Positions 7,616 through 16,962 are shown, numbered from the stretch's first letter. The stretch: DNA of 32,000 nt from Dickeya dadantii NCPPB 898 (GCF_000406145.1 NZ_CM001976.1:2263543-2295542); one strand, 5' to 3'. The notes: a model not told the origin generated them from the letters alone. Program-made: numbers and translations.

Positions 7616-9550
7616 TCAGGATGACTTCCTCACACGCAGGTACCATTCGCACAGCAAACGCACCTGTTTGCGGGTGTAGCCTTTTTCCATCATGCGATCG
7701 ACAAAGTCGTCGTGTTTTTTCTGCTCTTCCGTCGACGTTTTGGTGTTGAACGAAATCACCGGCAGCAGCTCTTCGGTATTGGAGAACATCTTTTTCTCAA
7801 TGACCGTACGCAGCTTTTCATAGCTGGTCCAGTTCGGATTGCGGCCGCTGTTGCTGGCGCGGGCGCGCAACACGAAGTTGACGATCTCGTTGCGGAAGTC
7901 TTTCGGGTTGCTGATACCCGCCGGTTTTTCGATTTTCTCCAGTTCGGCGTTCAGAGACTCGCGGTCAAACAGCTGGCCGGTGTCCGGATCACGGTATTCC
8001 TGATCCTGAATCCAGAAGTCGGCATAGGTCACGTAGCGATCAAAAATGTTCTGACCGTATTCCGAGTAGGATTCAAGGTAGGCGGTCTGGATTTCCTTAC
8101 CGATAAACTCAGCGTATTTCGGAATCAGGTAGCCTTTCAGGTGCTCCAGGTATTTTTCCGCCACGTCCTGCGGGAATTGTTCCCGCTCAATCTGCTGTTC
8201 CAGCACGTAAAACAGGTGAACCGGGTTGGCCGCCACTTCGCTGTGATCAAAGTTGAACACACGGGAGAGGATCTTGAAGGCGAAACGGGTGGAAAGCCCT
8301 TTCATACCTTCGTCGACGCCGGCGTAATCACGGTACTCTTGATACGACTTGGCCTTCGGGTCGGTATCCTTCAGGCTTTCGCCATCGTATACCCGCATTT
8401 TGGAGTAGATACTGGAATTTTCCGGATCTTTCAGCCGCGACAGAATCGAAAAGCGCGCCAGCGTTTCCAGCGTGCCGGGGGCGCAGGGCGCGCGGCTCAG
8501 CTCACTGTTTACCAACAGTTTGTCGTAAATTCTGACCTCTTCGGAAACGCGCAGGCAGTAAGGCACTTTGACGATGTAGACACGGTCAAGGAACGCCTCG
8601 TTATTTTTGTTGTTGCGGAACTGCACCCATTCCGATTCGTTGGAGTGGGCAAGAATAATGCCGTTGAACGGCAGGGCGGCGATACCTTCGGTGCCGTTAT
8701 AGTTACCTTCCTGCGTCGCGGTCAGTAACGGGTGGAGCACCTTGATCGGCGCTTTGAACATTTCCACAAATTCCATCACGCCCTGGTTGGCCCGGCACAG
8801 CGCGCCGGAGTAACCATAGGCGTCCGGGTCATTCTGGGCGAAATGCTCCAGCTTACGAATGTCCACCTTCCCGACCAGCGCGGAAATGTCCTGATTGTTT
8901 TCATCGCCCGGTTCGGTTTTGGCGATAGCCAACTGGGCCAGAATGGACGGCCATACCTTGACGACGCGGAATTTGGTGATGTCGCCGCCGAATTCCTGCA
9001 GCCGTTTGGCCGCCCAGGGCGACATGATGGTGCCCAGATAGCGGCGCGGGATACCATATTCTTTATCCAGAATCGAGGCATCTTCCAGCGGGTTAAACAG
9101 GCTGAGCGGATGGTCGTTGACCGGGCTGCGCTCGCCGTTAGCGCTCAGAATGTAGATAGGAACGCGTTGCATCAGCGATTTCAACCGTTCAGCCAGCGAA
9201 GATTTACCGCCACCCACCGGCCCCAGCAGATAGAGAATTTGTTTTTTCTCTTCAAGCCCTTGTGCGGCGTGTTTCAGGTAGGAGACGATTTGTTCGATGG
9301 CTTCTTCCATACCATAGAACTCTTCGAACGCAGGGTAGCGGGCAATTACCCGGTTGGAAAATAAACGAGACAGACGCGGTTCCAAAGCGGTGTCGACCAT
9401 AACAGGTTCACCGATAGCCATTAACAATCGCTCAGCGGCGTTCACATACGCACTGCGATCCTGCTGGCAGATGGTAAGGAACTCTTGCAGAGTGAACTCT
9501 TCGTCTTTGGCAGCGTCGTAACGCTGGCGATAATGATCAAATATGTTCAT
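7616..9550 (-). CDS. yeaG: PrkA-family serine protein kinase YeaG
   Basis: 644 aa. MNIFDHYRQRYDAAKDEEFTLQEFL... with the P-loop GPVGGGKSS is collinear with E. coli YeaG throughout. Confidence 0.96.
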   Translation of the reverse strand: MNIFDHYRQRYDAAKDEEFTLQEFLTICQQDRSAYVNAAERLLMAIGEPVMVDTALEPRLSRLFSNRVIARYPAFEEFYGMEEAIEQIVSYLKHAAQGLEEKKQILYLLGPVGGGKSSLAERLKSLMQRVPIYILSANGERSPVNDHPLSLFNPLEDASILDKEYGIPRRYLGTIMSPWAAKRLQEFGGDITKFRVVKVWPSILAQLAIAKTEPGDENNQDISALVGKVDIRKLEHFAQNDPDAYGYSGALCRANQGVMEFVEMFKAPIKVLHPLLTATQEGNYNGTEGIAALPFNGIILAHSNESEWVQFRNNKNNEAFLDRVYIVKVPYCLRVSEEVRIYDKLLVNSELSRAPCAPGTLETLARFSILSRLKDPENSSIYSKMRVYDGESLKDTDPKAKSYQEYRDYAGVDEGMKGLSTRFAFKILSRVFNFDHSEVAANPVHLFYVLEQQIEREQFPQDVAEKYLEHLKGYLIPKYAEFIGKEIQTAYLESYSEYGQNIFDRYVTYADFWIQDQEYRDPDTGQLFDRESLNAELEKIEKPAGISNPKDFRNEIVNFVLRARASNSGRNPNWTSYEKLRTVIEKKMFSNTEELLPVISFNTKTSTEEQKKHDDFVDRMMEKGYTRKQVRLLCEWYLRVRKSS

Positions 9551-9656
9551 AGCGTTGCCCGTCCTTCGTCGATTAACACAGAGTAAGAGAGCGAATGATA
9601 TGTTACAGCCTGTTTAATGGATGGCTCTCCCGGAAGAAGACCGCTTACTGAGATAC

Positions 9657-9672
9657 AGCAACCCTTATGCCA
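9657..9672 (-). promoter_or_regulatory. sigma54 (-24/-12) promoter for yeaG-yeaH
   Basis: The minus strand reads TTGGCAT-AAGGG-TTGCTG, giving GG and GC elements with exact consensus spacing (TGGCAC-N5-TTGCW). It lies about 100 nt upstream of the yeaG ATG. Confidence 0.6.
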
Positions 9673-9999
9673 ACTTTGGCTGGCGGGAAAGGGTGGACAA
9701 CCGGCGCCCGGCTACACTCAGCGGAAATCCTCCTCCTTGTTTAAAGCGTAGTTTGCATCCATAAAATTTCCTCTATTCTTTCGTCGCATTTTTAAGATAT
9801 TTCAATGACTCACTTCGGCGCGGCGGCTCGCAACCGGCTTTTTTATCTGCCAATGCAGCCCTGATGCGGGGTGCCAGCAGGCAGACGAAATCGTTATAAC
9901 TTATGTATCTTTCACATTAATGTGATGTATGTAGGACTCCGGCGCTGCTATCCTGCTGGAAGTGATCAAATACGTAACACTGAATGGGAACCGACAATC

Positions 10000-10749
10000 G
10001 TGAAAAATTGCGTATTAACTTTCTTAACGGCAGCGCTGGCCGGAACGGCGGCGGCTCCGGCAGCCTTTGCGGACGAGTTCGCTCTGGGGCTGGGCGCGGT
10101 CGGCGAAACCCCGCTATACCGTGGCGATAGCGGTCATGTTTATGCTTTTCCGATGGTGACTTATGAAAGCGAGAGCTTTTATCTGCGCGGCCTGCAGGGC
10201 GGGTATTATCTGTGGAATGACGCGCAGAACAAGCTGTCGCTGACGGCGTATTACAACCCATTCGGCTTCAAGCCGGGCGATAGCGATGATAGCCAGATGA
10301 AGCAGCTTGAGCGTCGGCGCGGTACGCTGATGGCGGGGTTATCCTATCGTTACGATGCGCAATGGGGTACCTTGCGCACCTTGCTGGCCGGCGACACGCT
10401 GGATTACAGCAACGGCCTGGTGTGGGACTCCGCCTACCTTTACCGCTTCAACGACGGCGACTGGAGCCTGACGCCGGGCGTGGGGATTACCTGGTCGAGC
10501 GAAAACCAGAATCGCTACTATTATGGCGTCACCGGCGACGAATCGGCCCGCTCCGGATTGCGCGATTATCAGCCGGATGATGGCTGGTCGCCATATGTCG
10601 AACTTAACGCCGGCTACAAAATCAATACCAGTTGGAGTACCTGGGTCAGCGGGCGCTATATCCGGCTGTCGGATGAGATCAAAAGCAGCCCGATGGTCGA
10701 TAAAAGCTATAACCTGATGCTGGGAGGCGGTGTCAGTTATACCTTCTGA
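10000..10749 (+). CDS. mipA: MipA/OmpV-family outer-membrane scaffolding protein (MltA-interacting protein)
   Basis: The body aligns with E. coli MipA (FYLRGLQGGYYLWND..., YYYGV...ESARSGLR.Y, SPMVDKS). GTG 10000 gives a normal signal peptide (VKNCVLTFLTAALAGTAAAPAAFA). The ORF-track start at 9871 adds 43 non-signal residues. Confidence 0.88.
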   Translation: MKNCVLTFLTAALAGTAAAPAAFADEFALGLGAVGETPLYRGDSGHVYAFPMVTYESESFYLRGLQGGYYLWNDAQNKLSLTAYYNPFGFKPGDSDDSQMKQLERRRGTLMAGLSYRYDAQWGTLRTLLAGDTLDYSNGLVWDSAYLYRFNDGDWSLTPGVGITWSSENQNRYYYGVTGDESARSGLRDYQPDDGWSPYVELNAGYKINTSWSTWVSGRYIRLSDEIKSSPMVDKSYNLMLGGGVSYTF

Positions 10750-10785
10750 AGCGAATTGCGTGGTGATTGTGCATCGGCTGCACAA

Positions 10786-10809
10786 AAATGGGGTGGATTC
10801 ACCCCATTT
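10786..10809 (+). terminator. hairpin downstream of mipA
   Basis: AAATGGGGT-ggattc-ACCCCATTT lies 37 nt after the TGA. The only U-run is inside the 3' stem arm. Confidence 0.45.
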
Positions 10810-10863
10810 GCACATTAATGGAGCGGCCGGGGTTTGTTACCCTGAGCACAGAGGAGGAATAAC

Positions 10864-11715
10864 ATGACGAAACAGGTAACATTTCCGGATGGAAACGCCG
10901 TTCCCGCGGTTGGTCAGGGAACCTGGTTCATGGGCGAAAGCGCCCAACGGCGGAGCAGCGAAGTCAGCGCGCTACAGGCCGGCATCGATCTGGGTATGAC
11001 GTTGATCGATACGGCGGAAATGTACGCCGAAGGTGGGGCGGAAGAAGTCGTGGGAGAGGCGATTCGCGGCCGCCGCGACCGTGTCTACCTGGTCTCCAAA
11101 GTGTATCCGCATAATGCGGGCGGCGAGCGGGCGATTGCCGCCTGTGAACGTAGCCTGAAACGCCTGCAAACCGATCATATCGATCTGTATTTGCTGCACT
11201 GGCGCGGCGGCATTCCGCTGGTGGATACCATCGCCGCGATGGAAAAGTTGCAGCAGGCGGGCAAGATTGGACGCTGGGGCGTCTCTAATCTGGATACCGA
11301 TGACATGGAAGAACTGTGGTCATACCGGGGCGGAGAACAGTGTCAGACCAATCAGGTGCTGTATCATCTGGCGTCTCGGGGCATTGAGTATGACCTGCTG
11401 CCCTGGTGTCAGCAACGGCGGCTTCCCGTCATGGCCTATTGTCCGCTGGCGCAGGCCGGTGAGCTGCGCCATAACCTGTTTGCTCATCCGGCGGTGGTGC
11501 GTGTGGCGCAGCAACATGCGCTGACGCCCGCACAGGTGTTGCTGGCCTGGGTGACGCGCCAGCCTGGCGTCATCGCCATCCCCAAAGCCGGTACGCTGGC
11601 GCATGTCAAAGAAAATGCCGCTGCGCTTCAAGTGACGTTGTCACCTGAGGATCTTGCCATACTGGATGAGGCTTATCCCGCCCCACGCCGCAAGCTGCCG
11701 CTGGATGTGGTGTAA
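10864..11715 (+). CDS. yeaE: aldo/keto reductase YeaE
   Basis: 283 aa with AGGAGGA 5 nt upstream of the ATG. GQGTWFMGE...LIDTAEMYAEGGAEEVVGEAI...LYLLHW...RWGVSNLD is collinear with E. coli YeaE. Confidence 0.93.
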   Translation: MTKQVTFPDGNAVPAVGQGTWFMGESAQRRSSEVSALQAGIDLGMTLIDTAEMYAEGGAEEVVGEAIRGRRDRVYLVSKVYPHNAGGERAIAACERSLKRLQTDHIDLYLLHWRGGIPLVDTIAAMEKLQQAGKIGRWGVSNLDTDDMEELWSYRGGEQCQTNQVLYHLASRGIEYDLLPWCQQRRLPVMAYCPLAQAGELRHNLFAHPAVVRVAQQHALTPAQVLLAWVTRQPGVIAIPKAGTLAHVKENAAALQVTLSPEDLAILDEAYPAPRRKLPLDVV

Positions 11716-11721
11716 TCGAAG

Positions 11722-11745
11722 CATGGCTGGCTTTCGCCAGCCATG
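11722..11745. terminator. bidirectional hairpin between convergent yeaE and yeaD
   Basis: Perfect 10-bp stem CATGGCTGGC-tttc-GCCAGCCATG lies between the stops at 11713-11715 and 11764-11766. Confidence 0.6.
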
Positions 11746-11763
11746 AGCAGAGCAGAAAAGAGA

Positions 11764-12636
11764 TTATTTACGCAGACGAATGGTGGAGGTAAGACGTGCC
11801 GGTGCTTGCGTGGTTGCCACGAGCGGCTGGGTAACGCGCGCGGTTTCAACACACACAAAAGTCTGGTAGCCGTCATCGGTCATGTCGCTGATGGTGCGAG
11901 ACAGTTCTGCGCCCGGGTTCCAGGCCACCACGTCGCTGTGGTGAACGTGATGCACTTCAATAGTGCGTTGCAACACCGGGTCTTCAATCAGGCTGAGTGA
12001 CGCTGGCTGGGTATAAATGCGGTCGGTACGGGTCGCAAAGGTCAGGTCACCCTGCTGGGTGTCGGTTTTGCCATCGTTAACCTTGTCGATAAAGGTGTTG
12101 CCCAGACCGCTAATGCGGATTTTGCCGATCTCCCCAATCTGGAAATAAGTGTGCAGCGCGCTGGTGATACTGTAGTCGCCGTGGCATTCGAGTTCCATGC
12201 GGCATTCCTGCGCGCTTAAATGGAAGCGCGCCAGTACGGTAAACGCGTGCGGCCAGGCGGCGCGTGTTTGTTCGGAATCACGCAGCGTGAAGGTGAGAGT
12301 AACGCCGTTGGCGTCTTCGCTGTGCGAGGTGAATTCCCACGCCAGCAGTCGGCCAAAACCGTGGTTGGGCTGTGCGGCCGGACCAAACCAGGGGAAGCAG
12401 ATGGGCACGCCGCCACGAATCGCCACGCCGTGCTCGAATGGCGTATTGTCGCTCAGCCACAGCACCGGTTGTTCACCTTTGGGCTGCCAGCTAATCAGAT
12501 GCGCGCCCTGTAGTGCGACAGCGGCACGAACCTGCGGATGATCCACCACGATAATCGGCAGTTGGTCCAGCTGGCGCTGGCTCAGGTGTGTGGTGATCGC
12601 GTTATTGATGGGAAGTGAATAAATTTTATCGTTCAT
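11764..12636 (-). CDS. yeaD: D-hexose-6-phosphate mutarotase (aldose 1-epimerase family) YeaD
   Basis: It aligns with E. coli YeaD from MNDKIYSLP... (VVDHPQV.A..ALQGAHL.SW.P, AIRGGVPICFPWFGP, DGYQTFVCVETA). ATG 12634-12636 was chosen over the 27-codon longer ORF-track start. Confidence 0.92.
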   Translation of the reverse strand: MNDKIYSLPINNAITTHLSQRQLDQLPIIVVDHPQVRAAVALQGAHLISWQPKGEQPVLWLSDNTPFEHGVAIRGGVPICFPWFGPAAQPNHGFGRLLAWEFTSHSEDANGVTLTFTLRDSEQTRAAWPHAFTVLARFHLSAQECRMELECHGDYSITSALHTYFQIGEIGKIRISGLGNTFIDKVNDGKTDTQQGDLTFATRTDRIYTQPASLSLIEDPVLQRTIEVHHVHHSDVVAWNPGAELSRTISDMTDDGYQTFVCVETARVTQPLVATTQAPARLTSTIRLRK

Positions 12637-12665
12637 GGTATTGGTTTTGCCTTGATGGTCTTGTT

Positions 12666-12863
12666 GTATACCCAAAATAATCCGAGTTGTAGGACAACAC
12701 GCTCGCGTGTTGAACAACGCAGTGCGTTGGCCCGACAGGGCAAGGCTCGTTAAGCGCCTTGTAACGCGGCAACCGAATGAATCCCCAGGAACTTACATAA
12801 GTAAGTGATTGGGGTGAGTGAGGGCAGCCAACGCACCTGCAACCTGAAGTCTGACGGGTATAT
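12666..12863. repeat. ERIC/IRU (enterobacterial repetitive intergenic consensus) element, copy 1
   Basis: The central inverted repeat ATGAATCCCCAGGAACTTACATAAGTAAGTGATTGGGGTGAGTG is near-identical to the ERIC core. Terminal inverted repeats are GTATACCC...GGGTATA. A related copy lies at 28971-29240. Confidence 0.9.
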
Positions 12864-12870
12864 ACCCAAT

Positions 12871-12897
12871 AAAAAAGGGCGACTTATGTCGCCCTTT
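12871..12897 (-). terminator. rho-independent terminator of gapA
   Basis: The minus strand reads AAGGGCGAC-ataa-GTCGCCCTT followed by a T-run, about 20 nt after the gapA TAA. Confidence 0.85.
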
Positions 12898-12918
12898 CAT
12901 CATCTGTTCATCGCCACA

Positions 12919-13926
<1,008 letters not shown>

Positions 13927-14121
13927 CTATTGGTTTGTGAATAAAAGGTTGGTTGTAAAATTACAAAAACCTTACTGAGCGTCAAGCGGAATCGTGTCAA
14001 TCGTTGCGGTAAGTCAAAAGTCCGTTCAACAGTTGCGCGATCAACAGCTATCAGCCTAATTAAAGTGCATAACCTAATCATATGAGGAATGCACAGGCAT
14101 TAAAACACCTGCCATAGGTGT

Positions 14122-14143
14122 AATTGTGATTGAGATCACAATT
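14122..14143. promoter_or_regulatory. CRP-type binding site in the gapA-msrB divergent region
   Basis: AATTGTGATTGAGATCACAATT has TGTGA-N6-TCACA with perfectly symmetric flanks, within a 24-bp palindrome at 14121-14144. Confidence 0.65.
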
Positions 14144-14262
14144 AAAAGTGCCTTTGCCGCATAGGGATGAGTGTAGGTCAAAATAGGCTGTGGCGGTGTT
14201 AACTTTTTGTTAGAATTATGCATCATCGCGCTGGCGAAAAACCGTGTTTCAGTGAGAACCTG

Positions 14263-14679
14263 ATGACCAAGATAACTGCTTCACCACGTAATCTGGACGA
14301 GTTAACCGATCTGCAGCGGCACGTTACGCAGCTGCGGGGGACGGAAAGTCCTTACACCGGCAAACTGCTGCATAACAAGCGTACCGGGGTTTACCACTGC
14401 CTGTGCTGTCATCAGCCGCTGTTTTATTCCGACCACAAATATGACTCCGGCTGCGGCTGGCCTAGCTTCGATCGCCCGGTGGCGGAGGACGCTATTCGCT
14501 ATCTGGAAGACAATTCCCACCATATGCAGCGTATCGAAATCCGCTGTGGCCATTGCGATGCGCATCTGGGGCATGTGTTCCCCGATGGCCCGCAGGACAC
14601 CACCGGCGAACGTTATTGCGTGAACTCCGCGTCGCTCAGCTTTATCGATACGGAAAACGGGCAACAGACGGATGGTTAA
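14263..14679 (+). CDS. msrB: peptide-methionine (R)-S-oxide reductase MsrB
   Basis: GVYHCLCC...[10 protein letters not shown]...[21 protein letters not shown]...RYCVNSASL matches E. coli MsrB. ATG 14263 gives the E. coli-like length. Confidence 0.95.
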   Translation: MTKITASPRNLDELTDLQRHVTQLRGTESPYTGKLLHNKRTGVYHCLCCHQPLFYSDHKYDSGCGWPSFDRPVAEDAIRYLEDNSHHMQRIEIRCGHCDAHLGHVFPDGPQDTTGERYCVNSASLSFIDTENGQQTDG

Positions 14680-14701
14680 CATCGCTAATACAATACTTTG
14701 A

Positions 14702-14717
14702 CTTGAAACGTTTCAGC
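14702..14717. promoter_or_regulatory. Cra/FruR-type (LacI-family) operator upstream of yeaC
   Basis: The minus strand reads GCTGAAACGTTTCAAG, which fits RSTGAAWCSNTHHW at every position. Its core is the perfect palindrome TGAAACGTTTCA (14704-14715). It sits between TTGACT (14698-14703) and TAAAAT (14718-14723), 27 nt upstream of the yeaC ATG. Confidence 0.55.
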
Positions 14718-14743
14718 TAAAATCTGGCTTCAGGCAGAAAAAC

Positions 14744-15073
14744 ATGCAACTGGATGATTTAATAAACAGTATGACCCCGGAAATCTACCAGCGTCTGGTG
14801 ACGGCGGTGGAGTTGGGAAAATGGCCGGATGGGGTACCCCTGACGGCGGAGCAAAAGGAAAATGCCTTGCAGATGGTCATGTTGTGGCAGGCGCGTAATA
14901 ACGCCGAGGCGGACCACATGACGATCAACACCCGCGGTGAAATCGAAATGAAAAGTAAGCAAGAGCTAAAGCAGCGTTTTGCCGGCGATACCGTTACTGC
15001 CCTAAAGCCTGCTGCCGCTTTGGAATCTATTACCACCCTGGAACCTATTACCACCCTGAAACCGCAGGACTAA
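14744..15073 (+). CDS. yeaC: DUF1315-family protein YeaC
   Basis: MQLDDLINSMTPEIYQRLVTAVELGKWPDGVPLTAEQKENALQMVMLWQARNN aligns with E. coli YeaC. The C-terminal tail is longer and contains a tandem duplication. Confidence 0.9.
   Translation: MQLDDLINSMTPEIYQRLVTAVELGKWPDGVPLTAEQKENALQMVMLWQARNNAEADHMTINTRGEIEMKSKQELKQRFAGDTVTALKPAAALESITTLEPITTLKPQD
15023..15058 (+). repeat. in-frame 18-bp tandem duplication in the yeaC 3' end
   Basis: GAATCTATTACCACCCTG (15023-15040) is followed directly by GAACCTATTACCACCCTG (15041-15058). These encode ESITTL and EPITTL. Confidence 0.9.
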
Positions 15074-15079
15074 ACCCGC

Positions 15080-15106
15080 TCACGCCAGCATCGGCGACTG
15101 GCGTGA
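15080..15106. terminator. hairpin between convergent yeaC and pncA
   Basis: 9-bp stem TCACGCCAG-catcggcga-CTGGCGTGA lies between the stops at 15071-15073 and 15119-15121. There is no U-run. Confidence 0.5.
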
Positions 15107-15118
15107 TGCGTGCAGGAA

Positions 15119-15760
15119 CTACTGGCTGAGCGAGGCGATAAACGCTGGCAGTTCGAGCAGCGTGGCGCCGTGTTTCGCCATCACCTCCAGCGCTTGCTGA
15201 CTGTCTTTCGGGTGCAGGTTAACGCCGCGGCAGCCGTCCGTCAGCACCTCGGTCTGATAACCCAACGCCAGCGCATCCAGCACGGTATATTTGACGCAGT
15301 AATCGGTTGCCAGCCCCATGATGGTCAACCGGGTAATGTCTCTGGCTTTCAACCAGTCATACAGCTCGGTGCGGGTGCGGCGGCCGTTGTCGAAAAATGC
15401 GCTATAGCTGTCGATAAAGGGATGCGTTCCTTTGCGTACTACCCAATTTATCGCCTGCTGATTCAGCCCGGGATGTAAGTCGGCGCCGGGCGAACCCTGT
15501 ACGCAATGCACCGGCCACCAGATTTGCGGTAAACCGTCCAATTCGCCCACATCACCCACTTGGGTGCCGGAATTAACGGCAAAACTGCGGTGATCCGCCG
15601 GGTGCCAGTCCTGGCAGGCAATGATCGTTACTCCGGCCTGCTGGCAAGCGGCGATAGCCTGATTTGCCACCGCGACCACGCTATCGCCGTCCGAGACGGC
15701 CAGCGCGCCGCCCGCACAGAAATCGTTCTGGATATCCACCAGTAAGAGTGCTCTGTTCAT
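15119..15760 (-). CDS. pncA: nicotinamidase/pyrazinamidase
   Basis: ALLLVDIQNDFCAGGALAV...QDWHPA.H.SFA...DSYSAFFDNGRR...GLATDYCVKYTVLDAL is collinear with E. coli PncA. Confidence 0.95.
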   Translation of the reverse strand: MNRALLLVDIQNDFCAGGALAVSDGDSVVAVANQAIAACQQAGVTIIACQDWHPADHRSFAVNSGTQVGDVGELDGLPQIWWPVHCVQGSPGADLHPGLNQQAINWVVRKGTHPFIDSYSAFFDNGRRTRTELYDWLKARDITRLTIMGLATDYCVKYTVLDALALGYQTEVLTDGCRGVNLHPKDSQQALEVMAKHGATLLELPAFIASLSQ

Positions 15761-15819
15761 ATGGTGTTCTTCTTACTATTTTTATGACCTGGATGCCGTG
15801 TGTTGTGGTTGCAGGCGCT

Positions 15820-16839
15820 TTAATCCTTGTCGCTCAGTTCTCCGCGCAGGTTTTGCTGCATTAGCTGACGAATCTGGTCGGGAGAAAGGTCGTTCCTGCT
15901 TAACAGATAATGCAGCTTCGTCAGAGCCGCTTCAACCGTCATATCAAACCCGCTGATAACGCCGGCCTGCGCCAGCGCATTGCCGGTGGCGTAACCGTCC
16001 ATGTTGACCCGCCCGGAAATGCATTGCGTCAGGTTAACCACCACGATGCCGCGTTCGGAAGCGCGGCGCAGCTCATCAAGCAGGCCCGAGCTTTGGGGCG
16101 CGTTGCCGACACCATACGAACGCAGAATCAGTGCTTTTACCGGCTGAAGCAGAAAATTGCTCACCACATCGGCGGAGATGCCGGGATAGATTGTCACCAC
16201 GCCGATCGGCTGCGGCGTGATGGCATGCACGATCAGCGGCCCGCTAATCGGGTCGGGGTTGGCCGGCGTCAGGCGGCGGATGTGGATACCGGCTTCCAGC
16301 AGCGGCGGAAAGTTCGGTGAGGCAAAGGCGTCAAAGCCGTCGGCGTGTGCTTTGGTGGTGCGGTTGCCGCGCAGTAGTTTGTTATTGAAGAACAAGCTGA
16401 CTTCGTTGACCGGGTGATTGGCCGCCACGTACAACGCATTGAGTAGGTTGGTTTGCCCGTCGGAGCGCAGTTCCGCCAGCGGAATTTGTGACCCTGTCAC
16501 GATAACCGGTTTGGACAGATTCTCCAGCATGAAAGACAAGGCGGAAGCGGTGAATGCCATGGTGTCGGTGCCATGCAGAATCACGAAACCATCGTACTGG
16601 TCATAGTGTTGCTGGATGTCATCCGCAATCGATTGCCAGTCAGACGGAGTCATATCGGATGAGTCGATCAGCGGCGTATATTCGTGAATCGTGAACGAGG
16701 GCATCTCCGGACGGTGAAATTCCGGCATCTGCGCCAACTGTTGTTGCAGGTGGCCGGAAACCGGGATGTAACCGTGGGCGGAGCGCTGCATACCGATGGT
16801 GCCGCCGGTGTAGGCGACATAAATGGATTTCTTTTGCAT
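15820..16839 (-). CDS. ansA: cytoplasmic L-asparaginase I
   Basis: MQKKSIYVAYTGGTIGMQRS...ILHGTDTMAFTASALSFMLENL..PVIVTGSQIPL matches E. coli AnsA from its first residue. The ORF-track start at 16860 adds 7 residues. Confidence 0.96.
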   Translation of the reverse strand: MQKKSIYVAYTGGTIGMQRSAHGYIPVSGHLQQQLAQMPEFHRPEMPSFTIHEYTPLIDSSDMTPSDWQSIADDIQQHYDQYDGFVILHGTDTMAFTASALSFMLENLSKPVIVTGSQIPLAELRSDGQTNLLNALYVAANHPVNEVSLFFNNKLLRGNRTTKAHADGFDAFASPNFPPLLEAGIHIRRLTPANPDPISGPLIVHAITPQPIGVVTIYPGISADVVSNFLLQPVKALILRSYGVGNAPQSSGLLDELRRASERGIVVVNLTQCISGRVNMDGYATGNALAQAGVISGFDMTVEAALTKLHYLLSRNDLSPDQIRQLMQQNLRGELSDKD

Positions 16840-16918
16840 GGATAGTCTGGGTCGGGACACTGTTGGTTAGAGAAACGGTTAGCCGTGAAAGGCCGGGATT
16901 ATAAAAAGGTTTCGGCGC

Positions 16919-16947
16919 TAAAAACAGCCCGGTCAAGCCGGGCTGTT
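16919..16947 (-). terminator. rho-independent terminator of sppA
   Basis: The minus strand reads AACAGCCCGG-cttga-CCGGGCTGTT followed by TTT, 16 nt after the sppA stop. Confidence 0.85.
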
Positions 16948-16962
16948 CAAATCAAAGAAACG

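Noticed and set aside
7712-9364. 338-aa and 210-aa plus-strand ORFs
   Set aside because: Both are antisense to yeaG across its whole length. Their composition (F/L/V/R-rich) is typical of the reverse frame of a real gene.
9811-9850. GC-rich segment followed by TTTTTT (GGCTCGCAACCGGCTTTTTTAT) that looks like a plus-strand terminator
   Set aside because: The flanking arms do not form a convincing stem, and no upstream plus-strand gene ends here.
9673-9870. Search for an NtrC enhancer (TGCACC-N5-GGTGCA) upstream of the sigma54 promoter, and a second sigma54-like GGTGCCAGC motif at 9869-9877
   Set aside because: No acceptable NtrC dyad was found by eye. The TGGCAC at 9871-9876 (minus strand) lacks a TTGC element at the correct 5-nt spacing.
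14702-14717. KdgR box, considered because the genome looks like a pectinolytic enterobacterium
   Set aside because: As I recall them, KdgR sites have TGAAA and TTTCA half-sites separated by several extra bases. Here the halves abut (TGAAAC|GTTTCA), which is the Cra/LacI-family geometry.
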